A stretch of DNA of 63,908 nt, the filler included. It is 7 parts of 7 records of this genome, joined end to end, with 100 filler letters (N's around TTAATTAATTAA, not from the genome) between each part and the next. Parts side by side here need not be neighbours in the genome. Positions count along the whole stretch, not along the records: positions 31,499 to 43,537 come from SRR31156797_40091; 6 more parts are not named here. The stretch is one strand, 5' to 3'. Below are positions 31,975-40,175 of this stretch, piece by piece. Within the stretch, counting starts at the first letter, position 1. Each line of letters opens with the position of its first letter. The notes beneath the pieces were generated by a model. The model ran no database searches. It saw only the letters and a list, made by a program, of their open reading frames with translations, and had not been told where the DNA came from. Position numbers and translations under genes: made by a program.

Positions 31975-32292
31975 TCACTCCTCATTGTTCTGATTGCAGT
32001 AAATACCGTAAAGGGTTTCAAGAATTGCTGAAACAGCTTGGCTGCTCAGTCGATAGTAGATGACCTGGCTTTCACGTCGCGTCTGCACAAGGCCTGCTGC
32101 ACGTAAACTTGCCAAGTGCTGGGACAGAGCAGACTGACTTAAAGCGACAGCTTGATTCAGTACACTCACAGGGCACTCCCCGTTCATCAGATGACAAAGC
32201 ACCATCAGCCGACTCGGGTGGCTCATACTTTTGAGCAATCCGGCAGCCTTTTCCGCGTTTTCTTTTAGTTTATTCGGATCATTTTTTTCCAT
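31975..32292 (-). CDS. ArsR/SmtB repressor, BigR/SqrR (persulfide-sensing) type
   Basis: LKSMSHPSRLMVLCHL, LSQSALSQHLA.LR, C-terminal LYGIYC; Cys pair in helix 2 and helix 5. Confidence 0.85.
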   Translation of the reverse strand: MEKNDPNKLKENAEKAAGLLKSMSHPSRLMVLCHLMNGECPVSVLNQAVALSQSALSQHLASLRAAGLVQTRRESQVIYYRLSSQAVSAILETLYGIYCNQNNEE

Positions 32293-32307
32293 AGTGACGC
32301 ACTTTAA

Positions 32308-32353
32308 ATTAGAAGTTACTAAATTAGATAATTCTAATAATATAATTTGTCAA
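32308..32353 (-). promoter_or_regulatory. Tandem dyad operator and -35 box upstream of the ArsR gene
   Basis: ATTAGA-N4-TCTAAT (32323-32338), a degenerate copy (32308-32323) and minus-strand TTGACA (32348-32353). Confidence 0.6.
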
Positions 32354-32596
32354 GGCCTTCTATAGCGTTGATAACAGACGCACTACCTTGACATTGTAAA
32401 AATAACCTGGAAATAACGCGACACGCACCTTATTGATTTTCTCTTTACTTTGCTCTTGCCAAGAGAACGAGTTGGCCTAATCGGGTCCGAAGAGTAGAAA
32501 CCGTCCGGCTATTTGACAGGTCCCACAAGGTGGTTATCACTATATCTATCAGTCTATGACTACCTTGAACCCATGATTAAAATTTTGGAGGTTTTC

Positions 32597-33070
32597 ATGA
32601 TACAGAACATATTAAAAAACAAAACGTACAAAATCAGCAGGTTATACTTGGTTGCTCTTTCGTTTTGTCTCATATTTTCATCACTGCATGCTGGCGAACC
32701 TGCTGTTAGCTATAACTGGAAAGACAAACATCTTGAGTGGGGGCCATGTCCCGCCTTTATTCCAGACCGCTGCCAAATAGCGGTACTGCATGGCGACCCT
32801 ACAAAAAGAAATACTGATATTTTCTTCAAAGTGCCCAGTAACTTTGCCATTCCGCATCACTGGCACACATCACCAGAGCGAATGGTGCTCGTTTCTGGCA
32901 TTTTAGAAGTGACCTACGACAACCAAGCTACCGAAACCTTGGAACCTGGCACTTATGCTTATGGACCTGCTAAATCACCACACACAGCTTTCTGCAAAAA
33001 AGGTGATCCGTGTGTCCTTATGATTGCTTTTGAAGATCCAGTCGATGCTTTTGAAGTAATAACACAATGA
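32597..33070 (+). CDS. Exported cupin-domain protein (DUF4437-like)
   Basis: Signal peptide; VLHGDP, IPHHWHTSPERMVLVSG, PGTYAYGPAKSPH; ATG 32597 with SD GGAGG. Confidence 0.8.
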   Translation: MIQNILKNKTYKISRLYLVALSFCLIFSSLHAGEPAVSYNWKDKHLEWGPCPAFIPDRCQIAVLHGDPTKRNTDIFFKVPSNFAIPHHWHTSPERMVLVSGILEVTYDNQATETLEPGTYAYGPAKSPHTAFCKKGDPCVLMIAFEDPVDAFEVITQ

Positions 33071-33632
33071 AATAAATCTCTTTTTTACCTTGGGCCAGAT
33101 TCCTTAAGGCTCTGACCTTTGGCACACACGTGAGGCCATGCACAAAAAGTACTACGTCACAGATAGATAAAACGATAACGCTTCTGGAATAACTAGAGAA
33201 CACGTGCAGCATGCAGAGGAGCACCTCATGCACTTCTCTCTCCACCTTTCTAACAAAAACTAGAGGATTTGGACCTAACGTCTCAAGATGAACAGATTGT
33301 AATAACAGTGTTATTTGTCCGGGGGTGACACCACGGTGATAGACATTAAAACTTGGCAAGAAAGCGTCGCCCCCTATCCTCACGTTCTACATAACCTGAG
33401 ACTATAACGACATACAAGCGGCAAACAACCTGCTAATGTCCCTGGTCTTCCTCGACACTACAGCTTTACATTTTTAACGTGGCAGGCTCCCTATTATTCC
33501 AAAAAAGAGACTTCGCCCGGACTAATTAGCGACAATTTAACCTTAACCCCACCAATTTATTTTGTATTTCCGGAAAAAAAATCCTTTTTTACGGAACCTG
33601 CCACCTGCCGCTGTCCTCACCACATTATGTAA

Positions 33633-33683
33633 TAACAAAAGATTAACCACATAAAACACTCCCAAATCGGCATGTTTTTTGCG
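33633..33683 (+). promoter_or_regulatory. Sigma54 (-24/-12) promoter with upstream IHF-like site
   Basis: TCGGCATGTTTTTTGCG (GG 33669-70, N10, GC 33681-82); TAACAA-AAGA-TTA at 33633-45 is one mismatch from WATCAANNNNTTR. Confidence 0.7.
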
Positions 33684-33723
33684 TCATAACCAATGGACAC
33701 TTTCAAAATCTTAAAAAGTTGAG

Positions 33724-33915
33724 ATGGTCATGACCGATATCTGGATACCTGGTGCACTGTACAAAATACTACCTTCACTTTGCTTACTCATAGCAATCAC
33801 GTTTATTGTGCTTAGCCGAAATAGCCTGGGCTCAGTACTGTCTATATGCCTAATTGGGTATTCCTCCTGGGTACTATGGCAACGGGCACAATGGAATAAT
33901 GAACTCTCAAAGTGA
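33724..33915 (+). CDS. Small two-TM membrane protein
   Basis: 61-63 aa, WIPGALYKILP then two hydrophobic segments; directly downstream of the sigma54 promoter. Confidence 0.6.
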   Translation: MVMTDIWIPGALYKILPSLCLLIAITFIVLSRNSLGSVLSICLIGYSSWVLWQRAQWNNELSK

Positions 33916-34140
33916 GGAAACCAGCGGAGGTGACATTTCGCCAATATCTGAATCAATCATCGAACTGATTGAAGAAGTATAGGATGCTGCTTTGGGTATC
34001 ATGATAGGCAGACGAAGTTTAAAAGTGCCATTTGCAACAGGTTTGAGACCCTAAGGAATTATTGCCCTCAAGGTAGATAACCTCTCTCCATTGGTTGGGA
34101 CCTCAGTACCTGCTAAACCACTTTGCTCTTTTACGCCGCA

Positions 34141-34239
34141 CCGTTTTCTCCTACTAACTCTGGATAAAAATAGAATCCCAGAGCAGAGGAGAATTGCTCA
34201 AGACGGTTCGGGCACGCTGATTTGAATGGTTCTTTTCAT
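34141..34239 (-). pseudogene. Collapsed PEP-CTERM gene remnant
   Basis: SD GAGGA + MKRTIQIS-VPEPS*AILLCSGILFLSRVSRRKR: PEP motif, hydrophobic stretch and basic tail, with an in-frame TGA. Confidence 0.6.
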
Positions 34240-34345
34240 GATTTTTCCTCAACACTTTTGTGAAGGGAACGACACTAAAGGGTTGAGGAACATGATTATC
34301 ATATCCTTGCTCAGGCTTCACCAATCAAGGAACTAAGCATAAACT

Positions 34346-35140
34346 TTATGCTTGAACATCTACCCCTGAGGTGTAATTTGATGAATTTGATGAGATGTGA
34401 TTACCTATAATTTCAACTAGGTTTGATAGAGTATCACTATCTGCATCCTCAAGATAAGAGGCGAAAATATCACCCATTGTTCCCATGTTTCCATTTTGAG
34501 GTGGTGGTGGACCGAGTTTTTCATGTAACTCTGCCATAAGTGAATTCATCTCCTCTTCATTAAGGACTCCATCACCATCTCCGTCAGAGGCAGCCAAAAG
34601 CTCCTCTGCGTCAATCGTCGTACCACTAGCTTCCGACATTTCTTCTGTCAGGGCACTCAATTCATCCAAACTGATTCCACCATCACTATTTTCATCGACT
34701 TCACCAAATTGTTCAGCCGCATTTGGTGGTGGAGGTGCGGGCATTGATCCTATCTGACTGATTATACTATTCAGATCAGAAGATCCCATATTTTCTGAAT
34801 AACTAGAAAGAGCTTGCTGAAATGATGGATCTGCACCTCCAGACTGACCTGGTGGACCAAACTGCTCCATCACTGCCGTCATCATACTATCCATTTCACT
34901 CTGGCTTAGAGATCCATCGCTATCACTATCAAAGGTAAGAAGAGCTTCATCTGTATTAATAGTTTGACCAGAACGTGATGAAATTTCTTCTGCTAGTGTT
35001 GTTAACTCTGCTGCACTGACGCCACCACTGCTGTCCGTGTCAATTTCATTAAATTTTTCTTCTGGACTTGGTCGCTGTTGTACGCTCTGATTAAACATGG
35101 TATTGAGCATACTCTGGTTTCCACCGATACTATTGACCAT
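34346..35140 (-). CDS. Four-EF-hand calcium-binding protein without signal peptide (XopAW-like architecture)
   Basis: Loops DTDSSGGVSAAE, DSDSDGSLSQSE, DENSDGGISLDE, DGDGDGVLNEEE in two tandem repeats with Pro-rich linkers; SD AAGGAGG. Confidence 0.85.
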   Translation of the reverse strand: MVNSIGGNQSMLNTMFNQSVQQRPSPEEKFNEIDTDSSGGVSAAELTTLAEEISSRSGQTINTDEALLTFDSDSDGSLSQSEMDSMMTAVMEQFGPPGQSGGADPSFQQALSSYSENMGSSDLNSIISQIGSMPAPPPPNAAEQFGEVDENSDGGISLDELSALTEEMSEASGTTIDAEELLAASDGDGDGVLNEEEMNSLMAELHEKLGPPPPQNGNMGTMGDIFASYLEDADSDTLSNLVEIIGNHISSNSSNYTSGVDVQA

Positions 35141-35224
35141 TTATTAGCCTCCTTACTAAATCCAACAATCTAATAATAGGTACATCCTGTACAGCCTCAT
35201 ACCTATAACCCATTCCTGTTCTTA

Positions 35225-35252
35225 TTATCGGCGAAGAGCCCAAAAAACTGTG
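35225..35252 (-). promoter_or_regulatory. Sigma28-type promoter of the EF-hand gene
   Basis: Perfect GCCGATAA -10 (35232-35225); degenerate -35 CACAGTTT versus TAAAGTTT. Confidence 0.6.
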
Positions 35253-35262
35253 TTAACTTGGA

Positions 35263-35287
35263 GTAATGTTTTGTAAAGGTTTGTAAA
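35263..35287. promoter_or_regulatory. CpxR-type direct-repeat box
   Basis: GTAAT-N5-GTAAA-N5-GTAAA, containing a perfect GTAAA-N5-GTAAA. Confidence 0.7.
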
Positions 35288-35433
35288 GCATAGTGTTACC
35301 CTGTTGTACTCATCCTATAGAACTTTTACATTACACGGCAATTGAGTTAAGGCCATATAGGCGCATCCGGATGTTCATCCTGTTGCTCCTTACTTTGTTT
35401 TTTTAATGAGAATTACATTTAATATTTTCAGCT

Positions 35434-36162
35434 ATGTCAGAGTATTTACCCAAACAAAGCATTCTCATCATTGATGATGATCATGAACTCTGTGAACTCT
35501 TAGTTGATTATCTGGAACAGGAAGGTATTGCCTGCCACTTTGTCAATGACGGTCTTACTGGTCTTGAAGAAGCTCTTGCTAAGGATTTTTCTCTTGTCAT
35601 CCTCGACGTTATGCTCCCAGGTCTAAATGGTTTTGAGGTGTTACGATCAATCAGGCGCTCTTCGCTGATACCTGTAATCATGCTCACTGCAAAAGGTGAA
35701 GATGTGGACCGAATAGTGGGGCTTGAAATGGGAGCCGATGATTACATGGCCAAACCATTCAATCCACGTGAACTGATCGCAAGAATCCGTGCCATAGCCA
35801 GACGAAATAATAGGTACCCAGCACAGCCGAAACAACAGAACGTCCCCGTACAGCTGAGCTGTGGTGATATTACTCTGGATACAGGCACTAGAACAGTTAC
35901 CCAAAATGGAAAAATTGTCTCATTGACCTCAGTAGAGTTCTCTATGCTGCAAGAATTGCTCAACAACTTAGGTAAAGTGGTGGAGCGCGACCATCTGGCG
36001 ATAAGTGTTCTTGGTCGAAAGCTTGAGGAATTTGATCGCAGTATTGATGTACACATAAGCAGTTTACGAAAAAAGCTCGGTCACCAGGTAAATGGTATTG
36101 AGCGAATTAAAAATGTACGCGGAGTGGGGTATCAATACACTACAGGCATCTTGAATAATTAG
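35434..36162 (+). CDS. cpxR: OmpR-family response regulator, CpxR-like
   Basis: ILIIDDDHELCELL..YL, LDVMLP, MLTAKG...RIVGLEMGADDY, FDRSIDVHISSLRKKL, VRGVGY. Confidence 0.75.
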   Translation: MSEYLPKQSILIIDDDHELCELLVDYLEQEGIACHFVNDGLTGLEEALAKDFSLVILDVMLPGLNGFEVLRSIRRSSLIPVIMLTAKGEDVDRIVGLEMGADDYMAKPFNPRELIARIRAIARRNNRYPAQPKQQNVPVQLSCGDITLDTGTRTVTQNGKIVSLTSVEFSMLQELLNNLGKVVERDHLAISVLGRKLEEFDRSIDVHISSLRKKLGHQVNGIERIKNVRGVGYQYTTGILNN

Positions 36163-36346
36163 ATTTTTCTTCCGCGGTCGAAGGATACGAAAAAGAATAG
36201 CACAGGTATTTGTTTAATGTCGCAGCCTCCGCCTAACTCCGAGAATACTTTTCCTTCGCATAACATGGTAAGCGCTGGCCCCCAAGAGATTGGGTAAAAA
36301 AAATGCTCGATACGCTGCAACTTAGCCATTGGGAACGGATGTAAAA

Positions 36347-37825
36347 ATGATAGGAAAAACTATTTTTGCAAAATTATTTATCAGCTTTGCAACAACGGTG
36401 CTGGTCTCTGGTCTGGTTACCGGTCTTATACTCTTTTCTTTTTCCCATCGTTCTATTCAAGGGGCCAGAGATAGTTTCCATAAACAACGCAAGTCCGACA
36501 TGGCCAGAGCCATCACATCAGTTGGGAAAGCTGCCTATGGTATTTACGAAAATAAAGACAGCGATGAATTCGCCAGGTATTTACATGGAATAAACACTTC
36601 TATGATGACGGAGTTATTCCTCCTCGTGGATGATAAAAGTTATCCAAAAGGAAAGGTAATACCGACTGATCTTAATAACCTTATCACCTCTTCTCTTAAT
36701 AAAGGAAAATTGCAGCTCACGGAAATTAACCGGCAACTGCTTGTAGCCTGCCCTCTCGTCTCCCATGACGGCAATCCATATCTAATTGCGGGAATTCATC
36801 ATATCCCACCACCACCTGTCCCTTGGGGAAAAGGACCACCCAAAGAGAAAAAAATGCTGGTTCACCCTTTCCCTGGCATTGATATCCTGATACACACAAC
36901 AGTTTTTTCACTTATCATTGGCTTTGTTTGCTACTGGTTGGCACGTTCTTTCAGTCTGCCGATTCACAAATTGCGTACTGCAAGCAGACAGATTGCCTCT
37001 GGTGACCTCTCTGCCAGAGTTACAACCGTTAAAGGACAAAGCCAGGGGGAACTAACAGACCTTGCACATGATTTCAACAACATGGCAAACAGGTTGGAAA
37101 AATTGGTAGAATATCAAAAACGATTACTCGTCGATATCTCCCATGAGCTTAGATCTCCCCTGGCGCGAATTAGTGTAGCTCTTGGGCTTGCACGACAGAA
37201 AGGGGCAGAAAATAATAGTTTGATGCTGGACAAGGTTGAAAAAGAGGTAAACCGCTTGAACGAACTTATAGGCCGTTTACTGACCCTGCCATCTCCGAAA
37301 CAGAGTCAAGAAAATACGGATAAAACGTATTTTGACTTAGCTGCTCTAGTTAAAGAAGTTGTGGATGACGCATCTTTTGAAGTTGAAGGTACAGGTAAAC
37401 AGGTTGCAATAGTAAGCCAATTAAAAGAATTATACTTCTACGGCTCACGAGAGATGATAAGACAAGCTGTTGAAAATATTATCCGTAACGGAGTGTATTA
37501 TACTGCTCAAGGAACCAATGTTGAAGTGAGTTTTGCAGTACAAAAATCCCCAAAAAACAGTGTGCAGAAAGCTGAGATACTCGTACGGGATTTTGGTCCA
37601 GGTATTCCTCAAGAGGACCTCTTATTCGTTTTTGAACCGTTTTACCGAGTATCTTCAGCACGAGAGCGTTTACAAAACGACAGTGGAGTCGGTATCGGCT
37701 TAGCTATTTCGAAACAGGTAGTGCAACAGCACGGCGGCAAGATTTCCTTAATGAATGCGGATGATGGTAAGGGGCTCTTTGTTCGCATCATACTTCCCTT
37801 ACCGACAAAGCGTCAGTGTAATTAG
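36347..37825 (+). CDS. HAMP sensor histidine kinase, CpxA-like
   Basis: Two TM segments, HAMP (GDLSARV...LAHDFNNMA), H-box ISHELRSPLARI, ENIIRNG, DFGPGI, FEPFYRV, GIGLAI. Confidence 0.9.
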   Translation: MIGKTIFAKLFISFATTVLVSGLVTGLILFSFSHRSIQGARDSFHKQRKSDMARAITSVGKAAYGIYENKDSDEFARYLHGINTSMMTELFLLVDDKSYPKGKVIPTDLNNLITSSLNKGKLQLTEINRQLLVACPLVSHDGNPYLIAGIHHIPPPPVPWGKGPPKEKKMLVHPFPGIDILIHTTVFSLIIGFVCYWLARSFSLPIHKLRTASRQIASGDLSARVTTVKGQSQGELTDLAHDFNNMANRLEKLVEYQKRLLVDISHELRSPLARISVALGLARQKGAENNSLMLDKVEKEVNRLNELIGRLLTLPSPKQSQENTDKTYFDLAALVKEVVDDASFEVEGTGKQVAIVSQLKELYFYGSREMIRQAVENIIRNGVYYTAQGTNVEVSFAVQKSPKNSVQKAEILVRDFGPGIPQEDLLFVFEPFYRVSSARERLQNDSGVGIGLAISKQVVQQHGGKISLMNADDGKGLFVRIILPLPTKRQCN

Positions 37826-37869
37826 AAAACGGGTTGAAAGCCGAGTTATTGTTGGTAAAAGTCAACCCG

Positions 37870-38350
37870 CTACGACCATGTTGAATCCATTAAATACCTC
37901 TGTGAGAAAACTGCTAAACGGTATTTTACACCTTGGAATATTCAAATTTCTTCGAGATATAAAACAAGTATAAAGACGGATATTTTGCGGTGTCAAACGC
38001 CAAAAATTATATCTCAAGAGATCCTTATGGCTTTTATAGCTTACAACTGTGTTCATAGGCATGTATACGGAGCAGAAAGAGCGGACTTTACTGATCGACC
38101 ATTGAGCTTTAGAGGAACTTTGCAGGCCACCTGAAGTTGAGTAAAACAGAACGGATTTAAAATACTTGATGATTTATACGATGCGGTGACGGGTTTGCCA
38201 CTTCAGAAGAGACCTGGATACAGAGAAGCAAGGTGGCCTAAACGACGGCCGCCCCCTCCCAACGGTTGACCTAACCGAAGTATAAAATGCAAAAATTCAA
38301 GCACCGCAACAGATATGTCGACACATCTTAAAGCAGCGCCATTCTTGTGT
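37870..38350 (+). mobile_element. Degraded IS4-family transposase 3' half with putative right end
   Basis: Frameshifted fragments TTMLNP, WNIQ..RDIK, DILRCQTPKIISQEILMAFIAYNCV, LSFRGTLQA*, KRPGYREARWPKRRP; AGCGCCATTC near 38335-38344. Confidence 0.7.
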
Positions 38351-38397
38351 GCCTCCTACATTTCCTTTACGTGAAAAATAAGGAAGAATATCAACAA

Positions 38398-38844
38398 TTA
38401 CTTATCGAGAGCGAATTCTGTTCTTAAATCTATCACCAGTGGATGTTTCCCAATACTTCCCTGGGGACGAGTAGCCGGCAGAAAAGTGATTTTCCTACCA
38501 AAAGCCGATGGTGTTTTCAGGGTGAACCATACAAGTTTGGGACTGAGTAGGGAGGAGCCGTCAATATCCTCAATGTCATCAAAGCTAATGGTGTGGGTTT
38601 TTACGAAATTTGACACCACCAGCACTTTCTTCTTCCTGTCCATGGTAACCGTTTTTATTGATCCAGTAGCAAAGAAAATAGAGATAGCTATGGCTAACCA
38701 GGTTGCAGCGTATTGAATCCATCGCAAATCATACTCTGGAGAGAAAAAGAGAATGTCTCTTGCCCCAACACCAACTCCTATTATCCAGATCAGGATAAAA
38801 ATATATTTATAAAAAAACGTATATTTTGAAGAGAGGGTTTGCAT
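38398..38844 (-). CDS. Hypothetical membrane protein
   Basis: Two N-terminal TM segments and a small soluble beta-rich C-terminal domain. Confidence 0.7.
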   Translation of the reverse strand: MQTLSSKYTFFYKYIFILIWIIGVGVGARDILFFSPEYDLRWIQYAATWLAIAISIFFATGSIKTVTMDRKKKVLVVSNFVKTHTISFDDIEDIDGSSLLSPKLVWFTLKTPSAFGRKITFLPATRPQGSIGKHPLVIDLRTEFALDK

Positions 38845-39303
38845 TATTGCTTTCTTACCTTTGTGTCGGAATTCTTAATAATTACAAATGATAATTTTTC
38901 TCAAACTCACTGGTCAACAAACAGTGGATAAATCATCACCAAGTGGAGCAACTGGATGATGATGGGATAATGGCCCCGCAAAAACGATTTTTTCCAGAGT
39001 AACGACTTTGCGGGTGCAGCAAGCCCCAGGCAACAAAAAAAGTTCCATCGGTGGCAGATAAAAAATGTTTAGGCTCGGGGAAGACAGAAAATTATAGCAC
39101 TGGAAATGTACAAACTATATCATAGCACAGTCCCCCTCCTACCACTACTCCACCCACTTACATAGTTCATGGCAGTTTGCGCGCCTACAAACAGGCAATG
39201 TAGAGCAATTACTGTAAGATCGCTTTTCCATCTACTACATTTTATATATAAGGTCAGTGCTGATATACGTCACAACAATTCACATGAGTACCAGACAGAT
39301 CCC

Positions 39304-40089
39304 TCATTCTATATATTTCTTTATTGTTTTTTCAATAAACCCTTCTTCTTTCATTTTGAGTATCACTTTATTAATCTCAGGCAAATAATCTATTAGTGGA
39401 GATTTTTTACTTATGCCCATATGGAGCACCCATTGCATGAAATGATGCTGAGAATGAACTATGTTGGTGTGAATCGAAGGGTTATTGTTTAAAATGTACT
39501 TCGCTACTATTTCATTTCCAGGAAAGATGTCAATTCTACCGGAAATAAGCTTTTTAAAATTCTGCACATCTTTGTTTACAATTTCTACGTATGGTAACTT
39601 TTTCAATATTTTATCAAGTCCAACACCATAACTATATCCACGTGTTACTCCTATGCGGTGGGGACGAAGATTCTCAAAAGTAAAGTTCTCAATATCGTCA
39701 CATTTGTTCGTATCTGCACACCACAAATAACCTCGGACAGATGTTACAGGCTCTGTAAACGACAGATATTCTTCCCTGTCTGGTGTTTTTATCAAAATCA
39801 TAAGTCCATCCTCTCGTCCAGCTTTCAACTGTTCAAGAGCACGCCTCAACTGGTACATTTCAAATGACGCCTTAATTCCTATTCTGTTGAAAATTTCTTT
39901 TGTCAAATCTACGGCAATCCCCTGCACTTCACCCTTCTTATTAAAATAAAAAGGAGGATATTCAAATGAAGCCATACTGAATTGTTTTCCCAGGGAGGCC
40001 CCACCTACATCAACAAGAAGACAGCAACAAACTATAAATACAATATTAAACTTAAGAAAAAGTTTGCGTAACGAAAGCGTTATTCTCAT
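39304..40089 (-). CDS. Family 3 periplasmic solute-binding protein
   Basis: EYPPFYF...GIAVDL, RRALEQLKAG, IGVTRGYSYG, KKLISGRIDIF, GISKKS motifs. Confidence 0.88.
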   Translation of the reverse strand: MRITLSLRKLFLKFNIVFIVCCCLLVDVGGASLGKQFSMASFEYPPFYFNKKGEVQGIAVDLTKEIFNRIGIKASFEMYQLRRALEQLKAGREDGLMILIKTPDREEYLSFTEPVTSVRGYLWCADTNKCDDIENFTFENLRPHRIGVTRGYSYGVGLDKILKKLPYVEIVNKDVQNFKKLISGRIDIFPGNEIVAKYILNNNPSIHTNIVHSQHHFMQWVLHMGISKKSPLIDYLPEINKVILKMKEEGFIEKTIKKYIE

Positions 40090-40175
40090 TAAAACAGTAC
40101 CTATTGTTGGATGTGTATAGATCTATATCGCATACATTTCTTCTTGAGTTATAGCGCTCTTCGCTTAGTCACCAG

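Noticed and set aside
12736-35252. Shared regulon linking the two sigma28-type genes
   Set aside because: They lie on different contigs, probably from different organisms.
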